Shown piece after piece: positions 19,049 through 29,325 of a stretch of DNA of 64,000 nucleotides (within the stretch, counting starts at the first letter, position 1; each line of letters begins with the position of its first letter). The stretch comes from an uncultured Candidatus Rokubacteria bacterium. GTDB taxonomy: Bacteria > Methylomirabilota > Methylomirabilia > Rokubacteriales > DASRDR01. Where the stretch lies: the NCBI GenBank assembly GCA_963708025.1, contig CAVPSB010000010.1, forward strand, positions 32,001 to 96,000, in the 5' to 3' direction. The notes beneath the pieces are model-generated. The model did no database searches. It was given only the letters and a program-made list of their open reading frames with translations, and was not told the DNA's origin. A program made the translations under genes and the position numbers.

Positions 19049-20038
19049 TCACGGGCGGAGGGCCATCCCGTGCGGCGCCTTGCCGACGGCGATGCTCTTC
19101 ACCTGCTTGTGGGTGCCGAGATCGATGACGGTGACGGCGTCGGCCCACCGGTTGGTGACGAAGGCGTAGCGCCCGCTCGGCTCCATCGTCACCAGGTCGG
19201 GGTATGCCGGCTGGGGGATGCTCGCCACGACCCGGTCGTCGGCGGTGGACACCACGACGATCTTGTTGGCCCGCCGGAGCGTGGCGTAGAGGAAGCGGCC
19301 GTCCAGGGTGAGGACCGCGTCGTGGACGATCCCCGGCAGCGGGATGGTCTTCACCGCCGCGTTCGTCGTCGTGTCCACCTTGACCAGCTTCTTCTCCTCG
19401 CCGGCGGCCGCGTAGAGCCAGCGCTCGTCGGGGGTGAGGGCCAGCCCCATCGCGTCGCCCCCGGTCCAGACCGTGTGGGTGATCCGGCGCGTCGCCGTGT
19501 CGATCGCGGCGAGGTTGCCGGCCGTCTCGCCGGAGACGTAGAAGGTCCGGCCGTTCCGGGTGAAGATTCCGTGGGCCGGCCACGTGGAGACCTCGATCCG
19601 CGCGTCCACGCGCGCGGCCGCGAGGTCGTAGACGATCACCTCGTCGTTGCTGGTCTCGCTGCTCCAGTCCAGGACGTACAGGTACCGGCCGTCCGGTGAG
19701 AACGCGAGGTTGTACGGGTTGCCGCCGATCTTGACCCGCCGCGAGAGCTTCCCGGTCTCCGCGTCGACGACGCCGAGGTCGTGGCTCTTGTCGTAGACGA
19801 CCCAGGCGGTCTTGCCGTCCGGGTGGAACGCGACGCGGTTGGGCTTGCCCGGGCCGAGCGGGATCGTGTGGACCACCTCGAAGGTGGTGGTGTCGATGAC
19901 CGAGATCGACCCGGACTTGGTGTTCGTGACGTAGAGCGTGGCCGCCGGCGCCGGCCGGGGGTCGGCCAGGGCGGCCAGGCCGAGCAGCAGGGCGAGGCCT
20001 AGCCGGCCGGGGCCTCGCCAGGGACGGTGTGCATTCAT
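19049..20038 (-). CDS. YVTN/YncE beta-propeller protein
   Basis: LYVTN..SGSISVID plus repeats such as PDGRYLYV, FVTN and VGKAPHGMA. Signal peptide. Confidence 0.9.
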   Translation of the reverse strand: MNAHRPWRGPGRLGLALLLGLAALADPRPAPAATLYVTNTKSGSISVIDTTTFEVVHTIPLGPGKPNRVAFHPDGKTAWVVYDKSHDLGVVDAETGKLSRRVKIGGNPYNLAFSPDGRYLYVLDWSSETSNDEVIVYDLAAARVDARIEVSTWPAHGIFTRNGRTFYVSGETAGNLAAIDTATRRITHTVWTGGDAMGLALTPDERWLYAAAGEEKKLVKVDTTTNAAVKTIPLPGIVHDAVLTLDGRFLYATLRRANKIVVVSTADDRVVASIPQPAYPDLVTMEPSGRYAFVTNRWADAVTVIDLGTHKQVKSIAVGKAPHGMALRP

Positions 20039-20047
20039 GACCCTATC

Positions 20048-20623
20048 CTACCGCCGAGCGGGCGGAAACTCCGCCTCGCTTCGTGACTCGGGGCAGCCGA
20101 AGCTCCCGACCAGGCCCTTCCGGGTGACGGCGCCGGCGAGCTTCACCGGGCTGCGGTCCTCGGCGCCCGCGACGTGCCCGGCCGGGTTGCAGCTGAAGGT
20201 CAGGTCGACCGGCACGGTGTTGACCGTGCCGTGGATGCGGAAGCTGTAGGTGGTGGCGACCGTCGGGAAGAAGAACGCCTCGTAGTGCCCCGGGGATCGG
20301 AAGGCCGGATAGAAGTCGAAGGTCCGGGCGGCCGGGCCGGCCTTGACCTCGACCTTCAGGCTCTTCTCGAGCCCCTCCACCGGCTTGATGTTCGGCGCCC
20401 GCGAGTCCATGGGGTTGGCCGGGTCGGGGACCCAGACGAAGAGGTCCACGCCGCTCTTGTCCCCGGTGAAGACCGGCTCGTTCAGGAATCCGACCACGAA
20501 GAGGTAGTCGGCCGTCCCGATCTGGAAGAGCTGGCGCTGGTGAGCGCCGGCGATCGGCGAGACGCAGAGCGACAGCACGGCGGTGAGGGTGACGAGAGCC
20601 AGCAGTCGGCGGAGAGACATCAT
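20048..20623 (-). CDS. Exported hypothetical protein with N-terminal His (YcnI/CopC-cluster associated)
   Basis: Signal peptide AGA|HQRQ, then VVGFLNEP and PGHYEAFFFPT. Confidence 0.7.
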   Translation of the reverse strand: MMSLRRLLALVTLTAVLSLCVSPIAGAHQRQLFQIGTADYLFVVGFLNEPVFTGDKSGVDLFVWVPDPANPMDSRAPNIKPVEGLEKSLKVEVKAGPAARTFDFYPAFRSPGHYEAFFFPTVATTYSFRIHGTVNTVPVDLTFSCNPAGHVAGAEDRSPVKLAGAVTRKGLVGSFGCPESRSEAEFPPARR

Positions 20624-22504
20624 GAGACCTCCTGTCCGGCGTTCCGGCCGGAGCCCGGGTCGAGGGGTTCGAGGACGACCGGCGCGCCGGACAGGGCGCG
20701 CCGGCTGCGGCGGAGCAGGCCCGCGGTGAGCGTGACGATGGCCACCGCGGCGATCGCCATCGGCAGGTCCAGCGGCGCCGGTGGGCCGGCCGCCAGGCTG
20801 CGGTGGTGCCCGGCCGGGACGGCGCCCGCCAGGCGAAGCGTGAAGCGGTCGTTGAGGTCATAGGCCCCGTCCCGCTGGACGACCACGCGGCCGCTCCAGG
20901 TGCCCTCCATGCCGAGGAGCGCCTCCATGGTGACGAACGAGCCGGCCGAGGCGCGGCTCAGGGTCAGGACGAGGGGGCCGCCGTGGGCGTGCGGCGGCGT
21001 GAGCTGGACCAGCGCGGCGGTGGCGTCGGCGAGCGGCCGCCCCGCGCGGTCGGTCACGGCGACCCGGATGGTGTTGCGGCCGGGACTCAGGGAGGCGACC
21101 TCCACGGAGACGCGCGCATCGTCGACCTCCCGCTCGTGACGGAAGGCGGCGACCGGCGCCGGGCCGTGGGACGGCGAGGTGGTTCCCAGGAGGGCCGCCA
21201 GCAGCAACGCCAGGACGCCCAGCCCCGCTTCCAGCCGGAGCGTCCGGCGGAACCGTCGGGCGACCCGCTCGCCGCGCGCGCTCGCGCGGCCGGCGGCCTC
21301 GACGGCGCGGGGGTGCACCCGGAACTGGTGGTAGCCACCCAGGCCCAGCATGGCGGCCATGACCAGGAGCTTCGCGAGGAGCCAGCGACCGTATGCCGTC
21401 CCGATCAGGTCACCGGCCGACGCCAGGTGGAGCCGGGCGAGATAGAGACCGCTCAGGCCGAGACTGCCGACGGCGACGGTGGCCAGGACGGAAAAGGCGG
21501 GGATCGCCTGCACCAGCGCCGCCGCCGGGGCCACAGGGCGGAAGGAGCGCCAGAACAGCGAGGCGAAGTAGGCGAGGCCGGCAACCCACAGCGCCACCCC
21601 GAGCCGGTGGAGGAGCTCGGCGCCCAGGGCCAGGCCGCGCCAGCTCGTGGCCGCCGCGCCGTGACTGAGGAGTCCACCCGCCAGGATGGCGAGCAGGACG
21701 CACCCGATGCCGACATACCGGGGCCAGCGCCGGTGCCGGGCGCCGCGGGCCTGGAAGGCGACCACCGCGGCCAGCAGGGCGGCCAAGAGGAGCTCGAGCG
21801 TGGCCAGCCGGCCCACCGCGGTGGGCAGGAGGGCGATCGCGCCGGCGAGCCAGCCGGAACCGGCGCCAACCTGACCGGCCCGGGCGCCGAACGCCGCCGC
21901 CTCGCCGGCCGCCATCGCGCCGATCGATGCCGACAGGAGCCCGGATGGGGCTTCCGCCGCCGCCGGACCGAAGACCAGGGGGCCGATGAGCGCGCCGAGC
22001 AGGGCGAGCGCCCCGAGCATGGCGACCCAGCGCCCGATGGCGACGAGGGGCGGGGTGGCCGCGGCCAGATCCCGGCCCGGTGGCGGGGCGGGAGCCACCG
22101 TGCCGACGGCGAAGCCGTGCGCTCCCTCGGTCACGTGCCCGTCGTCGGCGGACAGGACCCGCCAGGCGACGGTGTAGGGGCCGGGCTCGAGCTCCGGGAC
22201 GGCCAGGCGGTAGAGCCACGGATCAGCCGGGTCGACGCGCGGAGGACCGGTGTCGACCGGCCGCCCGCGCGTGTTGAACGACCTGCAGCGAGCTGGCGCG
22301 CGGCTCCACGCGCTCGCTGAAGCGGATGGTGATCTCCCGTGGACTCTCGCCGACGACGGCGTTGGCCTCCGGCACCATGGCGACCGGCACGGCGTGAGCA
22401 AAGGCCAGGCGGGGCGCGGCCAGGAGGAGCGCCACCGCCAGGGCTGACGTGCTCGCGCGCACGCCGGACGTGAACCGGCGACCACGAGCCACTCTGCCGC
22501 GCAC
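20620..22504 (-). CDS. CopC-CopD-YtkA fusion copper uptake protein (YcnJ/CutJ-like; frameshift near 22283)
   Basis: AFA|HAVP..FSERVE in the first frame. VLSADDGH, SHGAA, LHRL...W, YGRWLLAK and a YtkA-like C-terminus in the second frame. AAGGAGG RBS before the GTG at 22504. Confidence 0.85.
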
Positions 22505-22629
22505 TCGACGCCTCCTTTTTCGGCCGGGGGGAGCCCGCCGAAGAGGGATCTCCGGCCATCCCGGGATCGATGACGACCCGCACCCGTCCCGGGGGAAGCC
22601 GCGGGACGACGAGCAGGCGCCGGAAGGGG

Positions 22630-23196
22630 CTAGACGGAGCGGGCGGGAGGCGCGCGTCCCTGGTCGGGACGGAGCGCCGGAGCGGCCAGGAGGGGGTCGG
22701 CGAGCATGACGAGCAACGGACCCACGTCAGCGGGCGCGTCGGCGGTGATCTCGGCGGCCGGGGCGTCGCCGTGGACGTGCTGCGCCACGGACAGCACCTG
22801 GCACTGCGCCGCGCCTCGCGGATCGTCGATGTGGTGGACGGAGTGGATCGTGCTCTCGGCGACGAACACGGTCAGCATGGGGATCAGGGCCAGCGTCACG
22901 ACCCGGGGCCACCGGCGGGCGATGGCGCCGGCGAGGGCGAGTCCGGCCACGATCGCCAGCCAGGGTGCGAGCGACGTGGAGGGGCCGGCGATCAGGACCG
23001 GTGGCTCGGATGGGCCCGAGACGATCGCCGGCGCCGGCCCCGGCTCGGGGTCGTTCACCTCGAGGGCCGGCGGCGACACCGGGGAGAGCGCGGCCCGGCG
23101 GGAATGGCCCTCCGCCGGCTGGAAGCCCACCAGCAGCACCGCCATCCCGCCGAGCAGGACGAGCCCGGTCAGACGCGAAGCGCGGAGGCCCTTCAT
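22630..23196 (-). CDS. Putative metal-sensing ribosome-arrest leader protein (HxVHH-x9-C...RAPP), multi-TM
   Basis: Signal peptide, two TM segments, AESTIHSVHH-x9-CQVLSVAQH, 48 aa from Cys to RAPP. Directly upstream of the copCD fusion. Confidence 0.75.
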   Translation of the reverse strand: MKGLRASRLTGLVLLGGMAVLLVGFQPAEGHSRRAALSPVSPPALEVNDPEPGPAPAIVSGPSEPPVLIAGPSTSLAPWLAIVAGLALAGAIARRWPRVVTLALIPMLTVFVAESTIHSVHHIDDPRGAAQCQVLSVAQHVHGDAPAAEITADAPADVGPLLVMLADPLLAAPALRPDQGRAPPARSV

Positions 23197-23203
23197 GGCG
23201 CAG

Positions 23204-23232
23204 AGCCTAACGGTGTGGCGCCGCCTTGTCAA
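23204..23232 (-). promoter_or_regulatory. Sigma70-like promoter giving a probably leaderless transcript
   Basis: TTGACA-N17-TAGGCT, then 7 nt to the ATG at 23196. No SD. Confidence 0.65.
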
Positions 23233-23235
23233 ACT

Positions 23236-23595
23236 CTAGTCGCACTTCTTGAAGAGGACGACCCACAGCTTGACCGGCCGGTCGCCCTCGTTGCGCGCGT
23301 CGTGCGGCGTGAGGGGAGGAAGGAGCCGGGCGGCCCCGGGCCGCAGCACCTCCCGGCCGGCGTCCGTCACCAGGGTCAGCTCGCCTTCCACCACGATGCC
23401 CAGCTCGGGATCGAGTCCGGTGTGGCGGCCGGACGCCGAGCCCGGGGGGAAGGTGAAGACCGAGACCCGCACCGAGTCGTTGTCCAGGGCGAGTCGCTCC
23501 TCGATCACACCCTGGGAGTCCTGCGCTCTCGCGCCGGAAGCCAGCGTGATCAGCCCGATCAGCGCGCCGAGCACGGCGGCCCACCGGATCGTCAT
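23236..23595 (-). CDS. Exported cupin-domain protein
   Basis: PPGSASGRH...E.GIVVEGEL...PHDARNEG; signal peptide. Confidence 0.85.
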   Translation of the reverse strand: MTIRWAAVLGALIGLITLASGARAQDSQGVIEERLALDNDSVRVSVFTFPPGSASGRHTGLDPELGIVVEGELTLVTDAGREVLRPGAARLLPPLTPHDARNEGDRPVKLWVVLFKKCD

Positions 23596-23975
23596 GGTGA
23601 CCTGTCCTTCCTGATGGCCGTGACGAGGAGGCGACCGTCCTGCGCCTTCAGCGTGAACCGGACGGGATCGCCGGGGGAGAGCCCTTCCAGGAGCTTCTCG
23701 CTGGCGGCGTGGAACGGCATGGTCATGCCCTCCATCAGGTCGGGGATGTCCTCGTGGGTGAGCCAGACGACGCCGGAATCGCGCTGGACGAGGCGGACGA
23801 TGCCGCGAGCCGTCCAGGCGCCGTCAGCGACGCGCGGCTGGGCGGCCTCTCGCACCGTCGCGAGCTCCTGGCGGAGCTGGCGGACCTCGCGGGCCCACCA
23901 GAGATAGCCGCCGCCCAGCCCGAGCACCAGCGCGACATCGACCAGGAGCACCACCTTCCAGAGGCGCATCGTCAT
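23592..23975 (-). CDS. CusF-like copper-binding protein with N-terminal anchor
   Basis: LTHEDIPDLMEGMTMPF...PGDPVRF. Confidence 0.88.
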   Translation of the reverse strand: MTMRLWKVVLLVDVALVLGLGGGYLWWAREVRQLRQELATVREAAQPRVADGAWTARGIVRLVQRDSGVVWLTHEDIPDLMEGMTMPFHAASEKLLEGLSPGDPVRFTLKAQDGRLLVTAIRKDRSP

Positions 23976-24123
23976 TCGGGCCGGGGGGGAGCTCCGCGCT
24001 CCATCCGGATCGCCGCGGCGCCTCGGGCCTGCAGCCCTCGGGACCCCACGTCCTTCCGGTGGCCCGGACCCCCCCTCCGGGTCTTTCGTCGCTGACGCTT
24101 CCGCGGCAATGGCTTCGAGCGTC

Positions 24124-26158
24124 TCAGTGGACGTGCTCGGCGGGGGCGGGGACCCGCTCCGGCTCGCTGGCGAGCCGCTGGACCTGGGCCACGAGGCGCG
24201 CGGGATCGCTCCAGCCGTCGCCCTGGGCCGGGCTCCAGCGAGCCCGGACGTAGCCCTGGCGGTCGATCAGGAACTCCAGGTGATCCGGGGGCGCCTCTTC
24301 CGGCTCGGGACGCAGGCGCCGATAGGCCTCGGCGGCCTCGGCGGCGCCGTCCACCGCGATCGGGAAGGCAACCAGTCGATCGTCGAGCTCGCGATAGACG
24401 TTGCGCCCGGGCCGGACCGGGACGCCGAGGACCTCCGCGCCGGCGCGGAGGATCGGGCCGTAGGCCGTGTTGAGCTGGGACAGACGGGGTCCCGACCCGG
24501 GGAGCGTGAAGATCACGAGGACGACCATCCGCCGGCCGCGGTAGTCCTTCAGGTTGCGGGCCTCCCCGACTCCCCGCGTGAAGGTGAAGTCGGGACCGAC
24601 GAGCCAGGGAATGGGCGCGGTCTCCGGGCCCATCGGGCGGGCCTGCTCGGCGGCGGCGAGGATGCGGATGAGGTTGATCGCGTCCCATCGCTGATCGACG
24701 CTCAGCCGATCGGCAAATCCCCGCATGGCGGAGCCCGGGATCCCGTTCGTGAGCCACCAGAACATGTCGCCGGCGGTGTGATCGGCGGCGTGCCGGGCGG
24801 TGAGGTCGGCCGGGCGCGGGCGGAGCCCGGATGCGGCCGGGCCGTCGCCGTAGCCGTGCTCGCCGTGACACACCGCGCACTGGGCCCGGTAGACATCGCC
24901 GCCGTCGGCGATCGACCCGGCGGTGTAGGTCACGCTCGGGCGCAAGTACGTCGTGGGGTAGGCGTTCGACGGCGAGCGGCGGCAGCGCCACCATGACCCC
25001 CGCCGCGGCCACCGCCGCCCCGGCGCCGAGAACCACGGGCCACCGGCGCAACCTCAAGACGGCGGCGAGCAGCGCGGCGACGAGCCCGAGCAGCGCCACC
25101 TGGCTGCCGATCGCCACCCGGGTCTGGACTCCGGGCAGGCTGCGGGTGGCGTCCCAGGACAGCCGATAGGCGAATGGCCAGGTGATCTGATCGTGCCGGG
25201 CGGGCGTCGTCAGCCCGAGCACGGCCACGACCCCGAGGATCGCCACGCCCAGCCCCAGCTCGGCGACGACCTGGCGACGGAGCCGACCGACCACGCGAGC
25301 GGCCCGCCGACCGCCCGCGACGGCCGCCAGGAGCCGGGGCTTCAGGACGAGGTGATTGAGCGCCGCGATCGCGATCAGTGGCAGCAGCAACCCGACCTTG
25401 AGGAGCAGCCACCGGCCGTAGGCGGTGCCGACCAGGGCCGGGAGTGAGTTGACGTGCTCCCAGCTGTTGAAGAGCCCGGTGGCGACGAGCGCGAGGACGC
25501 TGGCCAGGCCGAGGCGCGAGAAGCGCCGGGTGGCGCCCGCCGCCAGGACCGTCCCCGTCGGCTCCGGCAGGCCCCGGGACCGGTGGAGCAGGACGGCCAG
25601 CGGGCCCAGCGCCCCGAGCCACACGCCGGTGGCCAGGAGGTGCACGGCGTCGACCGCGATCGCGGCACCGGGAAGCTCCTGGGCCGACGCGGCGTGGCCG
25701 GCGGCCCCGATGATCGCCAGACTGAGCGCGCTCAGCCCGCCGGCCTGGAGGCGAAGGGCGAGCCAGTCCCGCACGTCGCGCTGCTCGTCGGCCAGGAAGA
25801 GCAGCCCGCCGGCGAGGACGAGCAGGGCCTGGCGGGCCAGCCACACGGCGCCGTACTGCGTCGTCAGCAGGACCGCCCCCAGGGCCGCCGTCGTGAGGCT
25901 CGCCCTCAGGCCCGCCCCGGTGGCCACCGCGGTCTGGCGCCAGAGATCGAGCAGCGAGCAGGCGATCGTGACCGCCAGAGTCCACCGACCGAGGGCGAGG
26001 AGGCGGCGGTCCAGCCGTTCGAGCAGCGCGATCGCGTCGGCGCCGGCGGCCTTCGCCGCCGGCCGGGCCACGAGCACGAGGAACGCGAACACGCCGACGA
26101 GAAGGCTGGCGCCGAGGAACTGGGCCCAGCGAACGGCGACGGCGAACGCTTCCATCAT
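24124..26158 (-). CDS. CopD - cytochrome c - redoxin-like fusion protein (frameshift near 24965)
   Basis: CopD motifs GHAAS, VHLLATGVWLG and YGRWLLLK. After an extra A: YPTTY..CAVCHG..DLTA.H, then PDFTF...LKDYRG...FLIDRQGYVRARW. Confidence 0.85.
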
Positions 26159-26182
26159 CTTGGCATCTGGGGCAATCTCGAG

Positions 26183-26554
26183 CTATTCGGGCGGCTTCAG
26201 CGTGAACCGGTAGTCACCCTGCGTGCGGTGACCGTCCACGGCGAGCACGCTCCAGGTGACCGTGTAGACGCCAGCGGTGAGGGGCGGCAGCCCGACCTGC
26301 AGTAGCCGCCGGTTCCGGGGGTCCACGTGCGAGTCGCCGCGGTCGATCCGCCGGCCGGCGCCGTCGGTCACCGTCACGGCGCTGAAGGTCGGCTCGAGAT
26401 CCCCATCGAACCAGATGCGGACCTCGGTCGGCGCCGTCCGCACGACGGCGCCGACGCGGGGATCCGAACGCTCCGGAAAGGCATGCGCCCCGACTCCGGT
26501 CACGGTGATCATCAGCAACAGCTCGATGATACTCGTGGCGGTGACGAGGCGCAT
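26183..26554 (-). CDS. copC: CopC-family copper-binding protein
   Basis: HAFPERSDP...WFDGDLEP...VLAVDGH. Confidence 0.92.
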   Translation of the reverse strand: MRLVTATSIIELLLMITVTGVGAHAFPERSDPRVGAVVRTAPTEVRIWFDGDLEPTFSAVTVTDGAGRRIDRGDSHVDPRNRRLLQVGLPPLTAGVYTVTWSVLAVDGHRTQGDYRFTLKPPE

Positions 26555-26563
26555 CCGGAGCTC

Positions 26564-27439
26564 CTACCGGAAGATCGGCCGGAAGACCGTCGGGAACAGG
26601 TCGTCGAGGAAGACGTGGAACAGGGCTCGGACGCCGACGTTCTTGCCGGTCTCACTGTTGATCGGGATCACGGCCTCGATTCCTACCTCGATGTACTTGC
26701 CGGCCCAGATGAGTCCCGGGTTCACGGTCCCGGTCGTCTTGCCGCCGTCGAGCGGGGTGGAGAAGAGCAGCTCGACGATCGGGAAGATCCGGCCCACGGC
26801 GGGCGGGATGCCGACGTCCTTCACGAACTGCTGGAGATACGGGAGGCTGTACTCGATCGCCACGCCGTAGGTGAGCGAGTTGCCCTCCGCGCTCGTGAGC
26901 GGGATCTCGGCGCCGAACACCCCGGTGATGGCCAGCGGCCGGAGGTAGGCCAGGGCGTCGGGCAGGTCGCCCAGGCCCTTGCCGAAGAAGAGGGCGGGCG
27001 AGATGGTGGAGAAGGACTCCGCCCCGCCCGACTTCTGGCCGGCGCCGCCGATCTCCCACGAGAAGCCGAGCGACAGGATGGTCTCGTGAGCGTCGCTCTT
27101 GAAGAAGACGTACTTCGCCGACAGCTCGGGGTTGCCGAACCCGTCGCTGCTCCGCTCCTCCGGATCGCTCGGGTCGAGGAAGCTGTACTCGGCCTCGATC
27201 GACAGCCCGAAGCTCGGGGTGATCGACTTGGAGAACTCGGCGCCGAGGGTCGTCTGCTTGCCCTCCGGACCCTTGATGTGCAGAACGGATGGCAGCGACA
27301 GCTCGTCGGCGACGAACGGATCGTCGATGGTGAGGGTGGCGGGGAAGAAGCGCTGCCCCGCGACGCCGTGGGCCCACGCCGGCCCCGCCGGCGCGGCGAT
27401 GAGCAGAATGGTCCCCAGGACGCACCAGACCCTTCGCAT
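26564..27439 (-). CDS. Putative outer-membrane beta-barrel metal channel with N-terminal His
   Basis: AWA|HGVAGQRFFPATLTIDDP followed by alternating amphipathic beta-strands. This type is commonly found next to copCD. Confidence 0.7.
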   Translation of the reverse strand: MRRVWCVLGTILLIAAPAGPAWAHGVAGQRFFPATLTIDDPFVADELSLPSVLHIKGPEGKQTTLGAEFSKSITPSFGLSIEAEYSFLDPSDPEERSSDGFGNPELSAKYVFFKSDAHETILSLGFSWEIGGAGQKSGGAESFSTISPALFFGKGLGDLPDALAYLRPLAITGVFGAEIPLTSAEGNSLTYGVAIEYSLPYLQQFVKDVGIPPAVGRIFPIVELLFSTPLDGGKTTGTVNPGLIWAGKYIEVGIEAVIPINSETGKNVGVRALFHVFLDDLFPTVFRPIFR

Positions 27440-27514
27440 GCGTCACCTCGCTGAGCCGGCGCGCTCCGTCGCGCGGACGGACGCCGGCCGCCCGGACGTT
27501 GCCCGTCTCGAACC

Positions 27515-27826
27515 CTAGAGCCAGGCGAGGGACGCCGTCGGTGGGCCGCGGCTGGCCGGGCGCCGGGCAGGCGCGAGCGCGGGACGCGAGGCGGGAGCCG
27601 GGTCCGTCCGGCCGGACGTGGACAGCGCGACCACGAAGAGCGCGAGCGGGGCGGTCGCCGCCGGTGTGTGGTCGGCGATGACCAGGACCTCGCACTCCGG
27701 CTCCTGGTCGGTCTCGAAGAGGTGATGGACGAGGTGCGGGGTCGTCTCGGCGATCAGGAACAGGAGCGCGCCGCAGAGGAGCAGGCTCAGCCTGGGGCGA
27801 CATCGGTGAAGCGGCGGTGGTGGCAT
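27515..27826 (-). CDS. Putative metal-sensing ribosome-arrest leader peptide (HxVHH-x9-C...RGPP)
   Basis: TM segment, AETTPHLVHH-x9-CEVLVIADH, 47 aa from Cys to RGPP. Upstream of the beta-barrel/copC operon. Start uncertain. Confidence 0.72.
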   Translation of the reverse strand: MPPPPLHRCRPRLSLLLCGALLFLIAETTPHLVHHLFETDQEPECEVLVIADHTPAATAPLALFVVALSTSGRTDPAPASRPALAPARRPASRGPPTASLAWL

Positions 27827-28099
27827 GGACCCATCCAGGGCGGCTCCATTCTGCCACAGCGGGTCCGGGGGGGCCGGCCTTTCCTCAGGCTCGACGGTTC
27901 CGGAGCGTCGTCCTCGTCCGCCGGCTCGTCGTCGGCCGGGGCAAAGAACGCCCGGCCGGCCATGGCCACGAGCACGAGGACGACGAGCCCGAAGAGCCAC
28001 CACGCGAGGCCGAGTCCCTCCGTCGCCGCCCGCGTGGTGCGCGCGGGCGGGCGTGGCCACGGCCAGGAGGAGGAGCAGGATGGGAACGGTGAGGCTCAT
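27787..28099 (-). CDS. Small exported membrane protein (ARA|HHAGG..., frameshift near 28018)
   Basis: MSLTVPILLLLLAVATPARAHHAGGDGG, then after one extra base LGLAWWLFGLVVLVLVAM and an acidic tail. The 3' end is uncertain. Confidence 0.5.
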
Positions 28100-29117
28100 G
28101 CGAGCGACAGGACGTCGGCCGGCCGCACGGCGCGTCGTGGTGCGGCGGGACTCCATCAGCGCGAGCAGCAGGGCGAAGCTCTGGAGGTTGTCGCCCAGGT
28201 GCGTCTCCGGGACCCGGCCGTTCCGGATGGCCTCGACGAACTGGGCCAGGCCGTGCCCCAGCTCGCCCTCGGGGGCCGGCTCGCCGGGGACCGGCCGCGG
28301 GTCCCCGGCGCCCAGGAGCGAGACCCGCGAGCTTCCGTCCAGGTGGAGGGAGCCCTGCTCGCCGACGAGCGTGATGAGCCCCTCCTGCGGCGTCTCGCGC
28401 CCCCTGGGCGACCATCGTGGCGTCGTAGCCCACCACGAGGCCGCTCTCCATCGTCAGGATGGCGCAGGCCGCCGAGTCGCCGGTGAACCAGCTCCACGCC
28501 GGGCGGAAGCTGACGCCGATCACCTCCCGGGCCTCCTCGCCGGTGAGGTAGCGGATCAGGTCGAGGTGGTGGATCGCGACGTCGAGCAGGAAGGGATCGG
28601 CCATCCGCTCGCGCCACCCCTCGACGGTGGTCCGGCGGATCTGCTGGCGGCACTCGAGCATGAGGTGGCCGACCCGGCCGATCGCCCCGTCGCGGACCGC
28701 GGCGCGGAGCGCCCGCGTGTGGGGCCGCCACCGGAAGTTTTGGCTGACCATCACGACCCGGTCGGGGCGGGCCCGGGCGGCGGCGTGGATGGCCCGGGCC
28801 TCCTCGGCCGCCGTCGCCAGCGGCTTCTCGGTGAGGACGTGGAGGCCGGCGCCGAGGGCGGCGACGATGGCCTCCCGGTGGAGCATCTCCGGCAGCGCGA
28901 CGATGACGGCCTCGGCATTGCTCGCGGCCACGGCCTCCTCCAGGGTCCGGAAGCCGGGAACCCCGGGCAGATCCAGCTCGCGCCGGAGCGGCGGCAGCCC
29001 CTCGGGCGACCGCGAGACGATGCCGGCCACCCGGCAGTCCTGTCGCCCCTTCAGGGTTTCGAGCCACTTCCGGCCGAAGAACCCGGAGCCCCAGACGAGG
29101 ATCGAGAGCGGCACCAT
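28096..29117 (-). CDS. Gfo/Idh/MocA oxidoreductase (frameshifts near 28402 and 28150)
   Basis: Motifs GSGFFG, HVLTEKP, SQNFR and DVAIHHLD. The C-terminus continues in other frames to a TGA overlapping the next ATG. Confidence 0.85.
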
Positions 29118-29325
29118 CCTGACCTCCCGGTGTCGTTTCGATCCACTATACGGCCACTTCCGCGAGGCCCGCGCGGCAGCCGTCGGTCACATCTGGGAGG
29201 CTCGGAACCTTGACTTCGCGGGAGCCGATTAGGGACAATAGGACATTTCGCCCGGCTGGTCCGCGGACGGCGTCGATCGCCGCGCGGACGCCGGCTGGTG
29301 GCGCACGGTCGGTGAGGGAGGGTGT

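Noticed and set aside
27515-28156. Single 213-aa ORF
   Set aside because: Chimera of the oxidoreductase tail, a small membrane protein start and the RGPP leader, produced by nearby indels.
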